From Eledone cirrhosa (lineage: Eukaryota): a stretch of 64,000 nt of DNA. Numbering within the stretch: position 1 is the stretch's first letter; the number at the start of each line of letters is the position of its first letter. The position numbers were made by a program, and so were the translations under genes. The stretch lies in assembly GCA_964016885.1 (NCBI GenBank), contig OZ024744.1, positions 22,568,001 through 22,632,000 of the forward strand, written 5' to 3'. Below are positions 54,206 through 64,000 of the stretch, piece after piece. Under the pieces are notes generated by a model that worked only from the letters and a program-made list of their open reading frames with translations, had not been told where the DNA came from and ran no database searches.

Positions 54206-54385
54206 CGTACCTTTAATAATCATGTCATTGGTATGTTTACATAAACAAATGTGCCATTTTTAAAGTTATCATTCAGAGAACGAATTGAATGATTTCCTTC
54301 CGAATCATTTAAAGATAAATGTCCTCTATGGGAAATGTTTCTGGTCCTTTCCTTTATGGAAAAAACTTAATAAACAAAGTCCTTA

Positions 54386-54468
<83 letters not shown>

Positions 54469-54499
54469 GAGACACGCACACACTCACAAACATACACTT

Positions 54500-54533
<34 letters not shown>

Positions 54534-54745
54534 CGCATAGTATAGACGCGTACAACATCAGCTCCTTCCTTTTTGAATTTTTACCTATTGATAGTAAGTG
54601 TTTGTTTCTTTATTGTGTTGTCTTCGTGTCTTTTGACCACCCGGCTAGGTCTGTAGACGGGTGGTCATCGTATTTTTACCCCTTTTGGGGGTAAAAACTA
54701 CTCCTAAAACTTTTTTGCTGACTCACATGGTAAAAAATTAACGCC

Positions 54746-56360
54746 ATGTCTGTAGCACGTGTGAACGAAAACGCCACGCTCACTAAGGAAGAAGAGAGAA
54801 AGAAGCACGCGGTACAAAGCGCTTTGCTTTCCCGCTTCTACGTTTTAAAAGACATTGTAAAAAGGTGATATGCCGGACAAACAAGTAAATACGGGTGCAA
54901 ACCCAATTAATTACAACAAAAACACTAACAATGACAAAAACAACACACCAAATGAGAAAGACAACAACAACAAAAATGAAAATAACTCAAACTACGAGAA
55001 ACCGAACAACTCAAACACCAACAACGAAAACAAAATATCTTTTGCACAGACTACTAAAAAATCAGTCACCTATGTGCTTGAGGATATAACAAATGCTAAA
55101 GAAATGCTTGAAAAAGCAAAAAATTATGTATCTTTTGGCGAAAATAATTCGCCCCCAGAACTAAACAAACAGGTGGAATTACGAACTGTTGTATTCCGTA
55201 CAATTGCCAACAAAACAAGAAAACCAGAACAACCATCTCAAGCTGAAATTCAGTTGGTCCTGAAAGAGGCTATGAAAGACATTATTTTCATACAAAAGGA
55301 TAAACTCTATGGGAGTTTATCCATATTGATGAAAGACGAATTGGCGGCGAAAAAATATTGTGTCGCCAATTCGTTCCACGCATTACACCTTTTTTCCAAC
55401 CTACATGGGTAAAAAAACCCCAAAGAATTTGGATAAGCACCATCACCCCAAACATAAACTACTGGTGGTTACTAACCGGTTTCCTCAACTTGGACGAGGG
55501 CAACCTAATTTCAATAGGGAAGGCATCCAGCGACGCGTTCAGTGGAACGAGCATCGAAGTTCTGACCCAAATAAGGCCAGAACGTATCGCCCAAATCCCT
55601 GAACGCGTCATACTGGATGACCATACCCACCTCAACATTATTGTAGAGGGTAGGCGTCCCTCCTGTTACCTCTGTGGCGACAGAGGTCACCTGAGGGCTG
55701 CCTGTCCCCAGCTCACACCGAAAAAAACATTGTTACCAACACCCCAACAACAACATCAAAAACAACCAACACCACCACCACCACCCCAACAACAACAACA
55801 AAAACAACCACAACAACGACAAAAAAAACAACAACACCACAACAACAAACACGTGAAAAAACAACACAGAACACTGACCCACTCAACACCTCCCCACCCA
55901 AAACAAATACAAAAACACACACACCGCAAACACTACCAGAAAATATAGCCCTCCCACCCAACAAGGAAGACGAACCCCTTTCGTCGCAAGACGAAAAAGA
56001 TCCCTTCCAAATAGTAAAAAGAAAGAAGATAGGCGCACCACAGACACACTTATTAACATAAACCCTCCCCAAGAGAAAACAAACTATATACAAACCACCC
56101 CTCCCCGTCACACATCACTAACTGCAACGCAAAAAAAGACTTTACAATATACATACATGAACACAGACAACAAAGAACTAATGAACACAATTTCGTCAAA
56201 CCCTTCGGTCCAAACTGAAGGGCCTAACATTCTAACTGCTGTGGGACTACCTCATTTACAAATGATTAAAGTCCCAATGAATTTATATAAAACATTGAAA
56301 ATAAATTTCACGGAGGACGTGGGCCTCCCTGCACCAAGCCAATCAACCGCGTCCTCCTAA
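54746..56360 (+). pseudogene. LINE ORF1 (gag-like) with a CCHC zinc knuckle, frameshifted
   Basis: gccATG at 54746; ORF pieces 54870-55412 and 55358-55948; IIVEGRRPSCYLCGDRGHLRAAC (CX2CX4HX4C); two strong upstream hairpins (54635-54666, 54673-54697). Confidence 0.8.
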
Positions 56361-56526
56361 AAAATTTCCCCACCTCCTACCCAGACACCCACTCAACTAC
56401 AAAACGCCAACCCCACAACACACTGATGCCCCTACACTTCCACAAACTACCACCCCACACAACAAGCCATCCCCCACCCTCATTGAAATTGAGCGGCCCA
56501 CTCCCCGGTACGCAGAGAGGTAAGTG

Positions 56527-58712
56527 CTTGTTCCCCGATTTCCTCGAGGCTGTCTACTGCAACTGGCAACAGAATGGGAGAATTCCCTGTTCTGTGACCA
56601 AGGGCGTAGTCACGCTAGTGAGTAAGGACGAGAACAAGGGGGACGAAATATGTAACTTCAGGCCCATAACTCTGCTAAATACAGAGTTACAGATTTTGGC
56701 CAAGGTGTTAGCAAAGAGGTTGGCGCTTGTCGTGGGCAACCTGGTGGGAGATGCGCAGACATGTACTATCCCGTCCAGGTCCATCCACGACAACCTACAC
56801 TTTATGCGATACATCATAGAGAGGATTGGGAACGAATCCGGCTTTGGTGGGGCCCTCATCAACTTGGATCAATCTAAGGCGTTCGATAGGGTCGACCACG
56901 GTTACCTGGCTGCGGTGCTAGCGGCGGCAGGCTTCGGACCCGTTTTCAGGGGCTTGATCAATGCTATGCACAGCAGCCGCATCTGCTCTCGGAGCCGTTC
57001 GAAATCGCGCGGTCCATCCGACAAGGGTGCCCTCTCTCCTCCCTTCTGAATGTATTGACTCTCGATCCACTATTGCGGAAGTTGGAGTTGTTGCAGGGCA
57101 TCCCTTTGGAACCGGGATTGCGGAAAGCGGTGTCGGCCTACGCCGTGACGTAACAATACTGGTGTCGACCGCCTCGGGAATCGGGGCGATTCGCACCTTA
57201 CTGGAGGAGTACGAAAGATTTACAGGGACTAAGCTGAACCGGGACAAGTCGATCGGGTTGCAACTCGGCACGTGGAAGGGCAAATCGATGCCCTCCGATT
57301 GTGTCGTCGGGCGCTGGACGGAGGGCCCCGTGAAGTTGCTCGGGGTCTGGTTCGGACCAGACCTACTGGTGGAGAAGAACTGGGGTGAGGTAACGAACAG
57401 GGTGTTTGCACTAACCCAGAAGTGGGCCGAGTGCAAACTATCCCTGAACGGTCAGGCGGAGGTGGCGAACACTTATATAGCGTCCGTCATCTCCTACCGC
57501 CTGACCGTCGTGCCTTGCCCAAGGGAAAGACTCACCAAAATGGAGCGCATTCTTCCTATGGAAGAAGCGGGACTCTTTGGTGAGGAGATCCATCTGCTGT
57601 CAATACTCTTCGAAATGAGGGCTGGGACTGACGTGGCTGCTGATGCGTAAACACGAATTAAGGCTACGGCACCTTCAGGTATTCCTCACCGGTCAACCGG
57701 TGTGGGCGCCGTTTGTGAGACGAACCTTTCCGAGATTCGTCTCACTCACCGAGCTGCAATCCTGGGTCAAGCAAAGACCATGAAAACTGGGCGCCTGCCA
57801 CACCGAGTGTGCCCAGGCGCTCACGGTTCTCTGGCAGGCGGACCCGGCTATCAGTGGAGACTCCACCTCGACATTCTATAGATGCCTGGTACGCAGCAGG
57901 TGCGACGACGCCCTCGGAGACGCCCTAGGCATGGAGGAAGACGAACTGGCCAGCCTGTTCGGTAGGATATTTAGCCCGGGACCTATGGACAACTTCCAGA
58001 GGTCCCTGGCCTAGCAGTGCTACCGAGGGGCTTTTCCCGTTCGAGAAAAGCTCTACAGACACGGGCGCCCGGGTAGCGACCCCTCGAAAAAGATCTGTCC
58101 CAGATGCGTGCGCGACGAGGAAACCGTCGCGCATGCATTGGTACACTGCCCGGGTGTCGCCAATCTGTGGGGCTGTGTCGAAAGACTGCTGTCACGGGTG
58201 GGACCTATCCGGTTGACCACCGAGTCCATTATAACGATCAAGCCACCTCCCCCTTCAAAAATGAAGGAGAGGCGGTGTTTCTGTGCGTAATAATCATGGT
58301 GAAAGAGGTTGTATGGTGGACTCGTTTGAAAGGACTGAGGTCAGACACCTTTCTCTCTGACCAACAACTGGTCCTTTTCTTCCGATATCATTTTGGAAGA
58401 AGGATCAGGATGGAGAGAGAGGCGCTCCGCCCCAGCCAGTTTTATGAAAGATGGGTGAAAGAGGTGAGAATGGCCCGTGTGAATGGGCCTTCTCTCTATA
58501 TCAGCCTGTAGGTGAAAAAGATGGAAGAACAAGGGAGCACCCTCTCTCTCTGTGCTCCTGAGGAGAAGGGTTGCACACTTTTTCGCCTCCTCCCTATTGA
58601 GGACTTTATTGTTAATTTTATATTTATTTGTTTTTTTTTACTCGTTCTTTTGTGTAAACTCCCCCTTTGTATTTGTCCCCTTCTTTTACGCCCTCGTGGC
58701 AATAAATAGAAA
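56527..58712 (+). pseudogene. L1/Tx1-clade ORF2 (RT to zinc finger) plus 3' UTR; endonuclease absent; frameshifted
   Basis: NFRPITLLN, LDQSKAFDRVDH, QGCPLS region, CPRC..ETVAHALVHC; close paralog of 60420-62705 on the opposite strand. Confidence 0.92.
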
Positions 58713-58886
58713 CATATCTATATATATCTATCTATCTATATATATATATAGATAGATAGATATATATAGATATATATAGATATATATATATATATATATA
58801 TTTATCCATTCCTTTTCTTCTCTTTCTCTTTGTGTCAAACCACACATTTTCTGTCTCCCTGTTCCTTCGCCTTTCCCTGTTTATAC

Positions 58887-58954
<68 letters not shown>

Positions 58955-58963
58955 TCTCTCTCC

Positions 58964-58998
<35 letters not shown>

Positions 58999-59285
58999 CC
59001 TCATAGACATATCTTTCCATTTCTGTCTCTTTCTCTCTGCATCTATTTATGTATTTCTTCTCCTCTCAACCTTTCTCTCTCTTTCATATATACACCGGCA
59101 TTCTTTTTGCATGACCCTCTCTCTCTCTCTTTCTCTTTCCCTCTCTTTCTCTTTCCCTCTCTCCCTCTATCTTTCGCTCCCCCTTTCTCTCTCTCTCTTT
59201 TTCGCTTTCTCCCCCTCCCTCTCCTTCTATCTCTCTCTCTCACTATCTCTCCCCCCCTCACTCTTCATATTTCTCTCTCTCCCTC
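58713..59285. repeat. (TA)/(GATA)/(CT)n microsatellite and pyrimidine-rich low-complexity tract
   Basis: Read directly. Confidence 0.9.
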
Positions 59286-59855
59286 ACTCTGCCATTTTGT
59301 ACCGGACGAAATAGCTAATTTCTTCTTTCTACCAAATCACTTGAAATAGTAGACTACTAACCAAGCCAGAGGAGAGATGCTTTATTTAACAAACATCAAT
59401 CATGCTTTTCTTCTTGTCCAGGGAAAACTACTCCGTGTGTCGATCGCCTAAATACTCTGACCGATGCTAATAACACTTGTACATTTCACTGTTGCCGTAT
59501 ATTTGATTACTATCTCAACGTTTCATATACAACTTTATACTTGGTGTCAACCGACAGACAATCAAACCATTAATACTCTTTCTCCAAATAATCCATGATT
59601 GGTCACTTCAAAACTAATAAACATCTTTCTTTCTAAACTTTCTATAAAAAAAACACCACCACAACACATAAACACCACCACACTCATCCTACCTTACTAT
59701 GTCTTCTCATCAACTACACTGCTATCCTCCCCCTCTCTCGCTGACTCTCTCTCACTCTCGCTCTCTGCCTCTCTCTATATATATATATATAGAAACGATC
59801 GACATTCGTCAAATCGGACCGAGGAAACAATGTTTATGTCTGTGTGTTTGTCTGA

Positions 59856-60206
<351 letters not shown>

Positions 60207-60208
<2 letters not shown>

Positions 60209-60419
60209 ACAGCTAGGCGCACAGAAAGTTGATATGGCCCGCAGAATGTGTTCCTGGATTCTCAGACCCTTCCAGTCGAGAGATATCAACACTATTATCC
60301 TTCTCTTCTCTACCTTTGCCCGACCCCACCTTGAATACTGTTGTCCACTGTGGTCTCCCCACACGAAACAAAGTATCATGAAAGTTGAAGCACCACAAAG
60401 ATCAATTACAAAAAAGATA
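60207..60419 (+). mobile_element. CR1/L2-like LINE fragment, left part
   Basis: ARRMCSWILRPFQSRD..LFSTFARPHLEYCCPLWSP..QRSITKKI. Confidence 0.85.
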
Positions 60420-63400
60420 AGTTTCTTTTATTTGCCACTAGGGCATCAAAAGTGGGACAAGTACAAAGGGGGGAGTTTACACAAAAAGGCGTCCTCAATA
60501 AGGAGGAGGCAATAACAAAATATAAAAATAAAATAAGATATAACAAAAAATAAAATTTTTAACAAAATCCTCAATAGAGAGGAGGCGCCTTGGGGGGTCG
60601 CACACCCCCCCGAAAAAAGTGTGCAACCCTTTTCCTCAGGAGCACAGAGAGGGGGTGCTCCCTCGTTCCTTCCTCTTTTCCACCTACAGGCTTATATAAA
60701 GAGAAGGCCCATTCACACGGGCCATTCTCGCCACTTTCACCCACCTTTCATAAAAACGACTGGGGTGCAGCACCTCTCTCTCCATCCTGATCCTTCTTCC
60801 GAAATGATATCGGAAGAAACGGACCAGTTGTTGGCCAGAGAGAAAGGTGCCTGACCTCAGTCCTTTCAGACGCGTCCACCATACAACCTCTTTCGCCATG
60901 GCTATTACGCACAGAAACACCGCCTCTGCTTCATCTTTGAAGGGGGGAGGCGGCTTGATCATTACAATAGACTCGGTGGTCAACCGGATCGGTCCCACCC
61001 TTGACAGCAGTTGTTCGACATAGCCCCACAGATCGGCTACGCCCGAGCAGTGTACCAATGCGTGTGCAACGGTTTCCTCGTCGCACACGCATCTGGGACA
61101 GATCTTTTTGGCGGGGTCCCTACCCGGGCGCCCGTGTCTGTAGAGCCTTTCTCGAACGGCTAAAGCCCCTCGGTAGCACTGCCAGGCCAGGGACTTCTGG
61201 AAGTTGTCCATAGGTCCCGGGCTGAATGTCCTACCGAACAGGCTGGCCAGTTCGTCCTCCTCCATGTCTAGGGCTTCTCCGAGGGCGTCGTCGCACCTGC
61301 TGCGTACCAGCCCTCTATAGAATGTTGCGGTGGAGTCTCCACTGATAACCAGATCCGCCTGCCAGAGGGCGGTGAGCGCCTGGGCACACTCAGTGTGCCA
61401 GGCGCCCAGTTTTCTCGGTCTTTGCTTGACCCAGGATTGCAGCTCGGTGAGTGAGACGAGTCTGGGAAAGGTTCGTCTCACAAACGAGGCCCACACCGGT
61501 TGTCCGGTGAGGAATACGTAGAGGTGCCGTAGCCTTAATGCGTGTTTACGCATCATTAGCCACGGCATCCCCAGCCCTCCTTTCGAAGGGTGTTGACAGC
61601 AGATGGATCTCCTCACCATAGGAGCCCGCCTCTTCCAAAGGAATTGGAAGAGCGCGCGCTCCATCTTGGTGAGGGTTTCCCTTGGGCAGGGCACTACGGT
61701 CAGGCGGTAGTAGATGACGGACGCTATATAAGTGTTCGCCACCTCCGCCCGACCTTTCAGGGATAGTTTGCAACTGGCCCACTTCTGGGTCAGCGCAAAC
61801 ACCCTGTTCGTAACCTCCGCCCAGTTTTTCTCCACCTGGAGGTCCGGTCCGAACCAGACCCCGAGCAACTTCACCGGGCCCTCCGTCCAGCGTCCGACGA
61901 CGCCATCAGAGGGCATCGGTCTGCCCCTCCACGTGCCGAGTTGCAAACCGATCGACTTGTCCCGGTTCAGCTTAGCCCCTGTGAACTTTTCGTACTCCTC
62001 CAGTAAGGTGCCGACCGCCTCGATTGCGGAGGCCGTCGACACCATTACTGTCACATCATCGGCGTAGGCTGACACTGCTTTCCGCAATCCCGGTTCCAAA
62101 GGGATGCCCTGCAACAACTCCAACTTCCGCAGTAGTGGCTCGAGAGTCAACACATACAGAAGGGAGGAGAGAGGGCACCCTTGTCGGATGGACCGCGCGA
62201 TTTTGAACGGCTCCGAGAGGTAGCCGTTCACCTTGACCCTAGAGCAGATGCGGCTGCTGTTCATAGCAGTGATCCAGCCCCTGAAAACGGGCCCGAAGCC
62301 TGCCGCCGCTAGCACCGCATCCAGGTAACCATGGTCGACCCTATCGAACGCCTTAGATTGATCCAAGTTGATCAGAGCCCCACCAAAGCCGGGTTCGTTC
62401 CCAACCCTCTCTATGATGTATCGCATGAGGTGGAGGTTGTCATGGATGGACCTGGACGGGATAGCGCATGTCTGCGCATCTCCCACCAGGTTGCCCACGA
62501 CAAGCGCCAACCTCTTTGCTAGCACCTTGGCCAAAATCTGTAACTCTGTATTTAGCAGAGTTATGGGCCTGAAGTTACTTATTTCGTCCCCCTTGTTCTC
62601 GTCCTTCCTCACTAGCGTGACTACGCCCTTGGTCACAGTACAGGGAATTCTCCCGTTCTGTTGCCAGTTGCAGTAGACCGCCTCGAGGAGATCGGGGAAC
62701 AAGTCCGGCATAGCTAGATATAATTCGTAAGGAAGTCCATCGAGACCCGGGGATTTGCTTTTGCCGCATTGGCCCAGCACGTCCTCTATCTCAGCGGCCG
62801 AAATCGGCTCCTCGCAAGACTTCGCCTCCCTGTCCGAGAGGCGCGGCAGGCCGTCGAGGTATGGACCGAAGTCCACGTTTCCAACCGGCTCCCCGCCCCT
62901 CCCGAACAGTCGGGCAAAGTGCCTTTGAAAGGCCTCACACATCTGCTTAGGCTCAAGAATCGCCCGTCCATCCAGGTCTCGCAAAGACCGGATGGTGGAT
63001 TTAGTTCCACTGTTGGCCTCTGTCACGCGGGCCCAGCTAACAGCTTTGGCCCCCTCGTTCCCTAGAGCACGTATTTTACTTCGGACAACGCAGCCTTCGT
63101 GCTTCGCGTCGAAAAACTGGCTCAAAGCCGTTCTCGACGCTAGCACTCTGGCCACGTCGCCGCTTCTAATTGCCTCTTCTACTCTATCTATTAGCTCCCT
63201 TTCCTTCCTATTCCTATCCGCAGCTAGCACCTTACTAAATTCAATCGAGACTACTCTAATCTCTCTCTTTAGAGATACCCACCACCTGCTGTTGACGATC
63301 GCTCCAGTCAACCGTTCCTTAACTAACGTACTAATCCGATTCCTGTAGGCTCTACTTGCCGGCAAGGACAAGTTGAGCTTCCAGTAACCGGGGCCCTGTC

Positions 63401-63534
63401 TATGCGTTCTATCAAGGTTGACCATGCAGGTCACCAACTTGTGGTCTGAATAGCCAACCATGAGCATTTCTGGACAACTTAAAAAGTCCCTGTCCTTATT
63501 TCTAACTAAAAATTTATCTAGGTACGATCTAATA
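60420..63534 (-). mobile_element. L1/Tx1-clade retrotransposon, 5'-truncated, inserted into the CR1-like fragment
   Basis: Contains the long ORF plus a 3' UTR with AATAAA; ATA on both flanks (60417-60419, 63532-63534). Confidence 0.93.
60684..63467 (-). CDS. L1/Tx1 ORF2 polyprotein remnant (end of AP-endonuclease, RT, C-terminal zinc finger), 927 aa; frame stays open to about 63530
   Basis: YLDK..GYSDH (APE end), GYWKLN, KSPGLDGLPYELY, LDQSKAFDRV, IRQGCPLS, AYADDV, CPRC..ETVAHALVHC. Confidence 0.93.
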   Translation of the reverse strand: MLMVGYSDHKLVTCMVNLDRTHRQGPGYWKLNLSLPASRAYRNRISTLVKERLTGAIVNSRWWVSLKREIRVVSIEFSKVLAADRNRKERELIDRVEEAIRSGDVARVLASRTALSQFFDAKHEGCVVRSKIRALGNEGAKAVSWARVTEANSGTKSTIRSLRDLDGRAILEPKQMCEAFQRHFARLFGRGGEPVGNVDFGPYLDGLPRLSDREAKSCEEPISAAEIEDVLGQCGKSKSPGLDGLPYELYLAMPDLFPDLLEAVYCNWQQNGRIPCTVTKGVVTLVRKDENKGDEISNFRPITLLNTELQILAKVLAKRLALVVGNLVGDAQTCAIPSRSIHDNLHLMRYIIERVGNEPGFGGALINLDQSKAFDRVDHGYLDAVLAAAGFGPVFRGWITAMNSSRICSRVKVNGYLSEPFKIARSIRQGCPLSSLLYVLTLEPLLRKLELLQGIPLEPGLRKAVSAYADDVTVMVSTASAIEAVGTLLEEYEKFTGAKLNRDKSIGLQLGTWRGRPMPSDGVVGRWTEGPVKLLGVWFGPDLQVEKNWAEVTNRVFALTQKWASCKLSLKGRAEVANTYIASVIYYRLTVVPCPRETLTKMERALFQFLWKRRAPMVRRSICCQHPSKGGLGMPWLMMRKHALRLRHLYVFLTGQPVWASFVRRTFPRLVSLTELQSWVKQRPRKLGAWHTECAQALTALWQADLVISGDSTATFYRGLVRSRCDDALGEALDMEEDELASLFGRTFSPGPMDNFQKSLAWQCYRGALAVRERLYRHGRPGRDPAKKICPRCVCDEETVAHALVHCSGVADLWGYVEQLLSRVGPIRLTTESIVMIKPPPPFKDEAEAVFLCVIAMAKEVVWWTRLKGLRSGTFLSGQQLVRFFRYHFGRRIRMEREVLHPSRFYERWVKVARMARVNGPSLYISL

Positions 63535-63820
63535 GTTGGTATGACAGGCCTTGACTATTGGAGTTGACTAGAAAAGCTCAAACTTTATTCACTCCAACGT
63601 CACCATAGCGCTACATTATCTGCATCATGTGGAAAATATTCCATCAGCTTTGCCCAAATGTTGTTGGCATCACCTTTAATGTACACCCAAGGCTTGGGCC
63701 CCGTGCTTATCCGCCCACAACAAAATTCGCATCTCATAACAACAATACGGCACAATTAGTACCCTCAATTGGCCCTGCTCTCTTTAACATTACACCAAAA
63801 CACATTAAAATAGAAGCAGA
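63532..63820 (+). mobile_element. CR1/L2-like LINE fragment, right part
   Basis: IVGMTGLDYWS*LEKLKLYSLQR..YIICIMWKI continues the frame of 60207-60419; later ..IGPALFNITPKHI. Confidence 0.8.
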
Positions 63821-63822
63821 CC

Positions 63823-64000
63823 TTACTACTACTACTACTACTACCACAACAACTACTACTATTACCACAACTACTACTACTATTACCACAACTACTACTA
63901 TTGCTACCACTACTACTAACACTACTACTACCACGACTACGACTACTACCACCGCTACCACCACTACTACTACTACTTCTATCACAACTACTACTAGTGC
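63823..64000. repeat. (ACT/ACC)n trinucleotide tract
   Basis: Read directly. Confidence 0.9.

Overview
AT-rich animal nuclear DNA made up almost entirely of repeats. The SINE style and microsatellite load suggest an octopus or other coleoid cephalopod (inference, not verified). No host protein-coding gene, rRNA, tRNA gene or CRISPR array can be supported. Two large satellites (47-bp unit, 1-6.9 kb; 21-bp unit, 28.4-45.3 kb) separate a nested pile of mobile elements: a decayed Penelope-like element (RT + GIY-YIG) interrupted by a tRNA-derived SINE; several R4/Dong-type RLE LINE copies and RTE-derived non-autonomous elements clustered at (ATGT)n tracts; L1/Tx1-clade copies, one with an uninterrupted 927-aa ORF2 remnant inserted into a CR1-like LINE; and a long-TIR non-autonomous DNA transposon, possibly Academ-like. 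The most notable signal is non-coding: a 421-bp tandem repeat (24091-24830) in which each unit carries a type I minimal hammerhead ribozyme with a palindromic stem III, the architecture of a non-LTR retrozyme (small circular RNA) or a Penelope pseudo-LTR. Three further degenerate or variant hammerhead motifs lie at about 8.3, 11.5 and 25.2 kb. All folds and alignments were done by eye and most element boundaries are approximate.
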